A stretch of DNA of 35,625 bases from Thermodesulfovibrio sp. Its GTDB lineage: Bacteria; Nitrospirota; Thermodesulfovibrionia; Thermodesulfovibrionales; JdFR-85. The translations under genes were made by a program, and so were the position numbers. The notes beneath the pieces were generated by a model. That model had not been told where the DNA came from. It saw only the letters and a list, made by a program, of their open reading frames with translations, and searched no databases. Below, in pieces: positions 16,991 to 25,194 of the stretch; positions within the stretch are counted from its first letter, which is position 1; the number at the start of each line of letters is the position of its first letter. The stretch lies in NCBI GenBank assembly GCA_027050975.1, contig JALUAR010000215.1, positions 2,375 through 37,999 on the forward strand. Reading direction: 5' to 3'.

Positions 16991-18817
16991 ATGTGTGGAA
17001 TAGCCGGTTTTATTTCATTTTCAGACAAGAGAATTGATGAGAATATCCTTAGGAGCATGCGTGACTGCATGGCCCACAGAGGCCCTGATAATGCTGGTAT
17101 ATATATATCTGGTGACAGGACAGTCGGGCTTGCGCACAGGAGGCTGTCTATTATTGATCTTTCTTCTGCAGGTCATCAACCCATGAGCAATGAGGATGGC
17201 ACTATATGGATTACTTACAATGGTGAGATTTTTAACTATCTTGAGCTTAAAAGACTTCTTCAACAGTTAGGCCACTCCTTCAGGTCTAACTGTGATACAG
17301 AGGTGATCATTCACTTATATGAAGAATACGGTGAAGATAGCCTCAACTATCTGAGTGGACAATTTGCTTTTGTTATATGGGATTCGGTAAAGAGAAGAGC
17401 CTTTGGAGCAAGAGACCATCTCGGCATTAAACCTCTGTACTACTATTGGGATGGCTCGACCTTTGTTTTCGGTTCGGAACTAAAGGCTCTCCTTCCTGCC
17501 GTCGGAAAAGGTGAGATCGATTATAGCGCAGTAGCAGACTTTCTGGTGCTCCAGTATGTTCCGTCACCTAAAACCATATACAGGCACATCAGAAAGCTTG
17601 AGGCCGGAACCTGCCTGTTGCTTGACAACGGCGAACTCAGAACAAAACGCTATTGGACACCTCAGCCAGAGCACACATATGATCTCTCGGAAGAGATCAT
17701 TGCTGAACAAATAGATGAGTTGCTGCATAATTCCGTTAAACAGCAACTCATCTCCGATGTGCCTTTGGGAGTCTTTCTCTCAGGTGGGCTGGACTCAAGC
17801 ACGATAACATACTATATGTCGGCTACAACCGGAACCACTGTTAAAGCATACTCCGTAGGCTTTGAAGAGAGGGAATACAGTGAACTTGATTATGCCACCA
17901 TAGCAGCAAACTACATTCCCAACGTGGAACATCACAAATTGATTCTGAAAGCAAGCACTGCCTTTGATCTTATTCAGGATCTCATTCAGACCCTTGACGA
18001 GCCTTTTGCTGATCAGGCAATTATTCCTACCTATCTGATGTCAAGATATGCACGTGAATCAGTAACCGTGTGCCTTTCTGGTGAGGGTAGTGATGAGATA
18101 TTTGGGGGATATGACAGATACAAATCTGCCATACGGACGGTAAAACTTCTGGGAGAGCTAACAAGGGTTAATCCCGAACTCTATCAATACCTCAGAGATG
18201 GTATTGCTCTTAAATACGATGAGTATATTTCCAGTTTATGCTCATTCCGCCCCGGTGAATTACTTTTGTTACTGCACCGAGATGTCAGAGGTTTTGATGA
18301 CTATGTAACAACAAAATTCAGAGAATTTTATGAGAAAATGGCTGTGACGGATGATTTAGAAAAGGTTCAGATGTTTGATGTTTCGACTTATCTATCAGAC
18401 AACCTCCTGTTCAAGGTTGACCGTGCAAGTATGCTCGCTTCTCTTGAGGTAAGGGTGCCGTTCCTTGAACCCAGGCTTGTCAATTTCTGCATCGGTCTGC
18501 CCTTTCATATTAAATACAGGAGCAATCTTCAGAAGTATATACTCAAGAAGCTCATGAAAGACAGAATACCCAACGAGGTTATCTTCCGAAAAAAAATGGG
18601 ATTCTCCGTACCGATATTCGTATGGTTCCAGCAGTCATTCTATGAGTATCTCAGAGAGACTCTGCTTAGTAAGAAGGCAAAGGAAAGAAATATTTTCAAG
18701 CCGCGGTATGTTGAGTCTCTTCTTGATCCGCAAAGGATAACTACTGACAGGCACAACTCGCTGAAACTCTGGTGTCTGTTAGTGCTTGAGGAATGGTTCA
18801 GGAGGTACCATGACTAA
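16991..18817 (+). CDS. asnB: asparagine synthase (glutamine-hydrolysing) family amidotransferase
   Basis: MCGIAG provides the Ntn catalytic Cys2, followed by HRGPD and HRRLSIIDLS..G.QPM. FLSGGLDSS is the PP-loop. The length is 608 aa. Confidence 0.9.
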   Translation: MCGIAGFISFSDKRIDENILRSMRDCMAHRGPDNAGIYISGDRTVGLAHRRLSIIDLSSAGHQPMSNEDGTIWITYNGEIFNYLELKRLLQQLGHSFRSNCDTEVIIHLYEEYGEDSLNYLSGQFAFVIWDSVKRRAFGARDHLGIKPLYYYWDGSTFVFGSELKALLPAVGKGEIDYSAVADFLVLQYVPSPKTIYRHIRKLEAGTCLLLDNGELRTKRYWTPQPEHTYDLSEEIIAEQIDELLHNSVKQQLISDVPLGVFLSGGLDSSTITYYMSATTGTTVKAYSVGFEEREYSELDYATIAANYIPNVEHHKLILKASTAFDLIQDLIQTLDEPFADQAIIPTYLMSRYARESVTVCLSGEGSDEIFGGYDRYKSAIRTVKLLGELTRVNPELYQYLRDGIALKYDEYISSLCSFRPGELLLLLHRDVRGFDDYVTTKFREFYEKMAVTDDLEKVQMFDVSTYLSDNLLFKVDRASMLASLEVRVPFLEPRLVNFCIGLPFHIKYRSNLQKYILKKLMKDRIPNEVIFRKKMGFSVPIFVWFQQSFYEYLRETLLSKKAKERNIFKPRYVESLLDPQRITTDRHNSLKLWCLLVLEEWFRRYHD

Positions 18818-20624
18818 GTGCCATTACTGCAGAAGCAGTACCAAATACATACTCTCTGTCAAAGACGAAACAGGAGGCATCTTCAAAGTAAGGGAATGCC
18901 CGAACTGCTATCTGATAAGTATGTATCCCTTTCCTAAACCGAAGATCGCTATCAGGGCTCTGTCACGATATCAAAAGCAGTATCCGTCATTTGATCCAGT
19001 TTTCGAGTGGCGGGTGTTTCTGGCAAGAAGATATTTTGATGACGGATTCCGGGTATTAAGCATAGGACAGGAAAGCAAAGCTCTTACGAATGTTTTGAAG
19101 CATGAAAATGTTGATTTGATCCAGATCAATGCCATAAGTCCCAGGGATTTCCAGCAGTTTTCGGATGAGGAATTCGATGCTGTCTATCTCTGGGATAACC
19201 TCGGATTTGTATATGATGTCAGGGGATATTTTGCCGAGCTTAAAAGGATTTTAAAAAGAGACGGTTATCTCTCTGTTCGCACCAGGGATGCATTTTCAAA
19301 ATCAAATATTGCAAAAGGCTCCAAGAATTTTTTCAGCGGTACCTGCAACTTCATAGGGAGAAAATTTCTGACCCAACTTTACAGGGAATATTTCAATATT
19401 GTACCTCAGTCATTTATGTTAGAAAACCACGATGACAGCTTCATAATAACCTTTGGAGCTGTAGGCGATGACGCAGCAGTGGATTATAAGATGAAGGTTT
19501 TGATTCTTGTACACCCCTATCTGTTTGCAAACATTGACGATGCCACCGGGCCCAGGGGAAGGGTGCTCAATACAATGGATATGCTGAAACGTTACGGAGT
19601 TCACGCTGATCTGTCATTGTCTCTTGATCCCGGCTCAGAGGGATACGATCTTGTACATCTCTTTCATAATGCCTGGGAGACTCAGGATGCACTTTCTCAA
19701 CTTTGTGCTGTGAAAGAAGAGAATAAAAAGGTTGTTGTCTCAACAATATATATGGACATGTCAGAGACGAACTTCATAATAAACACAATAAACAAGATAT
19801 TTAAAATCCCGAACAGCAATGAGAGAGATGCCTTCCTGCACCAACTGGAAAAGGGTGAATTACGTGCTGGCAACTTATACCAGAAAATGCGTTTTTACGC
19901 ACAGTGGAACCTTGAAGAAGATCAGCGGGCTCTACTTGAGATGGCAGACAGAATAATTTGTTTTTCTTATACCGAAATGCGACAGATGAGTCTGAACCTT
20001 AACCGCACGGCTCCTTTTTCCATTGTATACAACTCTGCTGATGATGATCTCTTCGGAGTTCAGGGGCCTGAGTTCTTTACAAACAGATACGGCATAAAGG
20101 ACTTTGTAATATCTGCAGGGCACGTTGAATGGCGGAAGAATCAACTGATGACTCTTTATGCTTTGCGAGACTATCCTGAAATACCCATAGTTATAGTTGG
20201 TGCTAAAACAGATGATGAATACTATGAACTATGCAGGTTATGGGCCCACAAAAACACTATCTTCATCTCTCAACTGAAACATCGTCATCTTGCCAGTGCC
20301 TTTGCAGCAGCAAAAGTACATGTTCAACCTAGCTGGATTGAAGGAATAGCCCTCTCAACAATTGAGGCTGCAATGTCCGGATGCACACCAGTTGTAGCTG
20401 ACCGGGCCGGCGAAATTGAGTATTACGGTGATCTTGGCCTGTATGTAAATCCTGGCTCTGTTTCATCGATAAGAAATGCTGTGCTTAAGGCATTTAAAAA
20501 CAACCATAAACTGCGAGAAAAAACCCGTAACTTTGTAAGGGAGAGATACACTTTTAAAAAAGCGGTGCAAATGACGATTGATGCCTACAGGAAAACTCTC
20601 TCTAACAGTGAGGATGAACAATGA
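18810..20624 (+). CDS. bifunctional-looking protein: N-terminal Zn-ribbon plus methyltransferase-like domain, C-terminal GT4 (GT1-fold) glycosyltransferase
   Basis: CHYC...x...CPNC forms a Zn ribbon. FDAVYLWDNLGFVYD....F.ELKRILKRDGYL is methyltransferase-like. V.PSWIEGIALSTIEAAMSGCTPVVADRAGEIEYYG..GLYVNP is an EX7E-type GT4 motif. The ATG at 18810 follows AGGAGG, and the track start at 18786 overlaps asnB. Confidence 0.75.
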   Translation: MTKCHYCRSSTKYILSVKDETGGIFKVRECPNCYLISMYPFPKPKIAIRALSRYQKQYPSFDPVFEWRVFLARRYFDDGFRVLSIGQESKALTNVLKHENVDLIQINAISPRDFQQFSDEEFDAVYLWDNLGFVYDVRGYFAELKRILKRDGYLSVRTRDAFSKSNIAKGSKNFFSGTCNFIGRKFLTQLYREYFNIVPQSFMLENHDDSFIITFGAVGDDAAVDYKMKVLILVHPYLFANIDDATGPRGRVLNTMDMLKRYGVHADLSLSLDPGSEGYDLVHLFHNAWETQDALSQLCAVKEENKKVVVSTIYMDMSETNFIINTINKIFKIPNSNERDAFLHQLEKGELRAGNLYQKMRFYAQWNLEEDQRALLEMADRIICFSYTEMRQMSLNLNRTAPFSIVYNSADDDLFGVQGPEFFTNRYGIKDFVISAGHVEWRKNQLMTLYALRDYPEIPIVIVGAKTDDEYYELCRLWAHKNTIFISQLKHRHLASAFAAAKVHVQPSWIEGIALSTIEAAMSGCTPVVADRAGEIEYYGDLGLYVNPGSVSSIRNAVLKAFKNNHKLREKTRNFVRERYTFKKAVQMTIDAYRKTLSNSEDEQ

Positions 20625-23488
20625 TAAAAGTACATGTTATATATCAGTGGTATCTGCCAACAACAATTCAGAGACTAATAAAACCCCTGGACACGTTAAA
20701 AGAGGCCGGAACTATAGAAGTCTCTTACTACGGCATTTTTGAATACAAAAACATCTATATCTCAAACGCTGATGTGATTATCTTTTCAAACATAATAAGC
20801 CCTGATGCAATAGTAATTGCAACTGAGGCAAGACTAAAAGGCATCAGACTAATCTATGATGAATCTATCGAGTCCGAGGCAAATACCCTATCATCTAACT
20901 TCCTGCGCACCTATTATTATGATGTGAGGGCACAAAATGTAAGAGACCGCCTTCTGCGAATGGTGGATCTGGTAATCTCGTCAGATAAGACAATCGTGGA
21001 AAGACATCCACATATAAGACAGCAGTTTAATCACATAGAGAACGTCACGCATGAATGGCTTTATGAAATATTGAAAACAACAAAAATCGCTACATACAGA
21101 GAAAGTGATTGCAAAAAGATATTCTTTATCTCACCAACCTTCATGTGGCCTCATCAATATATATCCGACTTAATGGTTGAAGAACTTATGAGGATGGGAC
21201 ATGATGTCTACCTCTTTACTGTTAAGCCTTCATATTTCCTCCACAAGACAGTATGCAAGCCATCCCGTTTTGAGAACTCTCTATTAAAGGTTATCGAAGA
21301 ATACGCCGAAGATGCATGGAAGATTCCGCTTCTGATTGACAGGTTCGAGCCGGATCTGGTACTTACAATACAGGGGTATGTAATTCCTCGTCAGGTATTA
21401 GCGGAGATAAGAAGCAGAAACCTTCCTTTTGTGGTCTGGTTTTTAGACGAACCCTTTGATGCAATAAGAAGCTGCTCTTACGGTAGATATTTTACCCATG
21501 TCTTTCTGCAGGACAAGGCATCTTTAATGTATCACAGACATTTTGGCAATCCAAACAGCTTCTATCTGCCTTATGCAGCAGCACCAGACATTTCGAAACG
21601 CTTTTCGGAACAGCCAGGAGAGCAACCCAGGTATAAGGTTCATTTGGTGGGAAGTCCATCTGAAAAACGGTTAAAACTTATAGAGAAGCTACAGAGTGCC
21701 GGAATAGAAGTAACTGTTGCAGGGTGCGGATGGACAGGCGCAGAAAAGGGAGTAAATATTGTACAGCCTCGATCATACAACGAGGTATTCAATCTTTACA
21801 GACAGTCTTTAATTAACATCAGTCTTGGTGATACGAAATCCTCCCCTTATAATCCCTCCCAGCTACAGCCATATAGTCCGGATCATGCAACATTTAATAT
21901 TGCAGCATCCTGTGGCTTTCATATTACAGATATTTCTCGGGCAGGTATAACAGAATGTTTTGTTCCTGATAAGGAGATTGTGCAATTTACTGATCTGGAT
22001 GACTGTGTTGAAAAGGTGCGTTATTATTTAGAGCACACTGATGAAATGGAAGCAATTGCAGCTTCAGCATTTGAACGGGTATGCAATGAGCATACCTACA
22101 GACATCGCATAGAAGCAATACTTAAGACAGTTGAAGAGAATGAAATACAACGCAACCTGTCTTTCCATTATAGCATAGGGTATGTCCAGTTCGAATCGGA
22201 AGCCCCAGGATCCGTTGAACAGCTGCCCCCAACTGCTACATTAACAGTTATTACAGAGAGACCATCAAAGAATTATATTGACAACAAAATGCGTCTTATC
22301 CATAACCGTCCAGAAAAGGGGTTCGCATCTGCTGTCAATACAGCTATTTTAAATTCTCCTTCTGATTATATAGTTATCAGTCACTCTTCTTTATGGAGGC
22401 GTCACAGAGAAATTCTCTCTCTTGTTAGTGCATTCAGTAATGATTTGCTTCTCGGCATGATTGTTTTAAAGGACAGAGAAAACTCTGACTTTGCCGGCCT
22501 GATAATACCTGTAAGAGTACTTCTGAGTGCAGGCAGTTTTAAATACAAAAATGCCGAATATTCATTTCTTGATATACGATACAGGATGGAAGAAATGGGT
22601 TATTCAGTGATTGAACATGCTATAGACTCCTCTCCGGTTTCGAAAACGGCATTTTCCTTAGCTGTCTCAGAGGATGAAAGAACGGAATTTATAAAAGAGT
22701 GGACTGATAACCCAGAGAAAAAAATTAACGCTCACAAGATTTTAAATCTCCTGATTGAAAACAATCATAGATTTGATAAAAAAGAAGCCTTATATATAAT
22801 CAAAAGGTCTCTTGAGTTATGCCCGGATTTATACAATGCACACTCAAATCTGGCAAAAATATATTTAACAGACGGAAACATAACCAAGGCTATACAGCAT
22901 CTCGAATACGTATGGAATAGAAAGCCTGAAGATGTGAAAACTGGCCTTCTTTTCTGCATTGCACTAATTATGCAAAAAGATTTCGACCGTGCCAGCAATA
23001 TACTTGACAGTATTCTTAACTCGGAACTTCATCCTTCAGAGAGGGCAAGTGCTTTATATCAGAAAGGCTTGCTGCTAAAAAAGCTTAATCGTCTCGAGGA
23101 TGCAGTTGAACATTTTCTTCTGGCACTCAGGATTGATCCGTCCCATACAAATACATTGAAGGAGTTATCACTGGCTTATCTCGAGTTAGGAGAAACCGAG
23201 GAAGCAATACACATGATGAAAGCACGACTCTCCTTTATGGTTACAGCTGAGACGCTAAATGACGTAGGAGCTTTGTACTGGGTGCTGGGTGACAGGGAGG
23301 TGGCTTATCAATGGTTCGTCAAGGCCCTTGAGTTAGATCCGAAATTCAGAAGTGCAGTCCTGAATGCTGTGACTGCTGGACTTGAGCTTGGTCGCAACGT
23401 GGATGAGATTAAGGACTTTCTTATTGGATACCTTAATTATTATCCAGGTGATGCAGAGATGTGGAGAATTTTTGAAAGCATAAAATAG
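20621..23488 (+). CDS. 955-aa multidomain protein: CgeB-like glycosyltransferase region (DUF3880 plus Glyco_trans_1_2-like), central degenerate GT2-like segment and C-terminal TPR repeats
   Basis: FNIAASCGFHITD......ECFVPDKEIVQFTDLDDCVEKVRYYLEH.DE.EAIA..AFERV.NEHTY.HR is the CgeB-type C-terminal motif. The last 210 aa or so contain repeated A..YL..G....AI......L..DP TPR-like units. Confidence 0.65.
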   Translation: MIKVHVIYQWYLPTTIQRLIKPLDTLKEAGTIEVSYYGIFEYKNIYISNADVIIFSNIISPDAIVIATEARLKGIRLIYDESIESEANTLSSNFLRTYYYDVRAQNVRDRLLRMVDLVISSDKTIVERHPHIRQQFNHIENVTHEWLYEILKTTKIATYRESDCKKIFFISPTFMWPHQYISDLMVEELMRMGHDVYLFTVKPSYFLHKTVCKPSRFENSLLKVIEEYAEDAWKIPLLIDRFEPDLVLTIQGYVIPRQVLAEIRSRNLPFVVWFLDEPFDAIRSCSYGRYFTHVFLQDKASLMYHRHFGNPNSFYLPYAAAPDISKRFSEQPGEQPRYKVHLVGSPSEKRLKLIEKLQSAGIEVTVAGCGWTGAEKGVNIVQPRSYNEVFNLYRQSLINISLGDTKSSPYNPSQLQPYSPDHATFNIAASCGFHITDISRAGITECFVPDKEIVQFTDLDDCVEKVRYYLEHTDEMEAIAASAFERVCNEHTYRHRIEAILKTVEENEIQRNLSFHYSIGYVQFESEAPGSVEQLPPTATLTVITERPSKNYIDNKMRLIHNRPEKGFASAVNTAILNSPSDYIVISHSSLWRRHREILSLVSAFSNDLLLGMIVLKDRENSDFAGLIIPVRVLLSAGSFKYKNAEYSFLDIRYRMEEMGYSVIEHAIDSSPVSKTAFSLAVSEDERTEFIKEWTDNPEKKINAHKILNLLIENNHRFDKKEALYIIKRSLELCPDLYNAHSNLAKIYLTDGNITKAIQHLEYVWNRKPEDVKTGLLFCIALIMQKDFDRASNILDSILNSELHPSERASALYQKGLLLKKLNRLEDAVEHFLLALRIDPSHTNTLKELSLAYLELGETEEAIHMMKARLSFMVTAETLNDVGALYWVLGDREVAYQWFVKALELDPKFRSAVLNAVTAGLELGRNVDEIKDFLIGYLNYYPGDAEMWRIFESIK

Positions 23489-23502
23489 TTTCAGGAGACG
23501 AG

Positions 23503-25194
23503 ATGAAAACTTTCTTAAAAACGTCAATTCAGGTTGTACCTTCAAGGTCAGGAGCCCTGACCTTGAAGGTATCCTCACCGGACGGTCGGGATAGGGCAAT
23601 ACATAGTCTCTATGACCCTGAAAAAGAGGCAGAAGCACTTGTAAATGCTTGCCATTTTGACGGTAAAGGTATTCTTGTAGTATTAGGCTTGGGGCTTGGT
23701 TATCATGTGGAAAAACTTATTGAAAAATATCCTGAAGCTGACATTGTAGTTGTGGAAGCACTTGAGGAAATTTATGAGATGGCGAAGTTAAATAAACAGG
23801 TTGATGTCTTGAAAGAAAGAATTGAATTTATCGTAGCAACTCCCCCTCAGGAGGTTCTTGAAAAGATTACAAAGATGCAGCTTAAGATGGGTATGCCTCC
23901 CCTTGGTGTCTTCATTCTTTCATCTGCTGTTAGCGCATTTTCTGAATACTATCATCCTATAGCTGAAAAGCTTACAGCAGCAACATCCTACAGGCTATGG
24001 GAGAAGCTTCGCTATCCAAAGTTTAAAGCACCTCTCTTGAAAGTCGCAATAATGGACTTTGATTATTTCTTAACCCTTGAGATTGAAAAGGCATTAAGGA
24101 ATCTCGGTCATAAAGTGGTGAGAATAAAAGGCGATCTAAAAAAAGAGAATGCCTCTGACATTCTTACCAAAGTTATCAAAGCGATTATAGATTTTAAACC
24201 TGATTTTCTCATTGCAGTGAACCATATAGCATTTGATGAGGAAGGGATAATCAGCTCATTTCTCAATTCCATAGAAATACCTGTTGCAGTATGGTACGTG
24301 GATAGCCCGACAATTATTGTTAAGGCATTTAGCAAAAATGCCACACCGAATACAGTCGTATTTGTTTGGGATAGGACATACATAGAAGATGTAAAAGCCA
24401 TGGGATTTGAGTCAGTTTACTACTTACCACTTGCAACTGACGAAACAGTTTTTACTCCCCGAAATCTTACACAAGAAGAATTTCAACTGTATGCTGCCGA
24501 AACAGGATTTATAGGAAACTCAATGGTGAGATCAACTGAGGAATATATGGAGAGATTGCCCAGACCTTTACATCCACTTGTAGATAAAGTGGCCCGACCG
24601 ATGAGTGAAAAGAGGCAACGATTTGTTGAGGCTCTCATGATTCTCGATGACAGGGATTTTAAGATACTTAACGCTTGTTCGGAGAAGACAAAGTCTGATT
24701 TTGAGACTGCTGTCTTAAGAAGGGCGACATTTCTGTATCGTCTCTCCTGTATAGAACATCTGTCATCTTTTAATACAGTAATTCATGGTGATAAAGGCTG
24801 GAAAGAGATACTACATGGTGGCTATATTATAAGACCCAAACTTAATTATTACAATGAACTACCCATCTTTTACAATGCCTGCAAAATCAACTTCAATGCT
24901 ACAAGTCTTCAGATGCGGGAGGCTGTAAATCAACGGGTCTTTGATGTTCCGGCATGCGGGGCCTTTTTACTTACAGATCATCAGAAAGCCATTGAAGAGC
25001 TTTTCGAGGTGGGGAAAGAGGTTATCACTTATAAAGAACCGGAGGAGATTCCAGAGCTTGTCAGGTTCTATCTGAGGCATGATACCGAGAGGGAAAAGAT
25101 CGCTACAAGGGCACGAGAGCGAATATTAAATGAACATACTTATGTACACAGGCTACAAAAAGTGATAGATGTGATGAGGAGACTCTATGCATAA
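23503..25194 (+). CDS. 563-aa protein: Maf-N-terminal-like module fused to a CgeB-like glycosyltransferase domain
   Basis: IHSLYDPEKEAEALV....GILVVLGLGLGYHVEKL......DIVVVE resembles the N-terminal region of motility-accessory-factor proteins. It is followed by KVAIMDFDYF...DFKPDFLIAVNH...VWYVDSP (DUF3880-like) and RVFDVPACGAFLLTD.....ELFEVGKEVITY..PEE.PELVRFYL.HD.EREKIA..ARERIL.EHTY.HR (CgeB-like). Confidence 0.65.
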   Translation: MKTFLKTSIQVVPSRSGALTLKVSSPDGRDRAIHSLYDPEKEAEALVNACHFDGKGILVVLGLGLGYHVEKLIEKYPEADIVVVEALEEIYEMAKLNKQVDVLKERIEFIVATPPQEVLEKITKMQLKMGMPPLGVFILSSAVSAFSEYYHPIAEKLTAATSYRLWEKLRYPKFKAPLLKVAIMDFDYFLTLEIEKALRNLGHKVVRIKGDLKKENASDILTKVIKAIIDFKPDFLIAVNHIAFDEEGIISSFLNSIEIPVAVWYVDSPTIIVKAFSKNATPNTVVFVWDRTYIEDVKAMGFESVYYLPLATDETVFTPRNLTQEEFQLYAAETGFIGNSMVRSTEEYMERLPRPLHPLVDKVARPMSEKRQRFVEALMILDDRDFKILNACSEKTKSDFETAVLRRATFLYRLSCIEHLSSFNTVIHGDKGWKEILHGGYIIRPKLNYYNELPIFYNACKINFNATSLQMREAVNQRVFDVPACGAFLLTDHQKAIEELFEVGKEVITYKEPEEIPELVRFYLRHDTEREKIATRARERILNEHTYVHRLQKVIDVMRRLYA

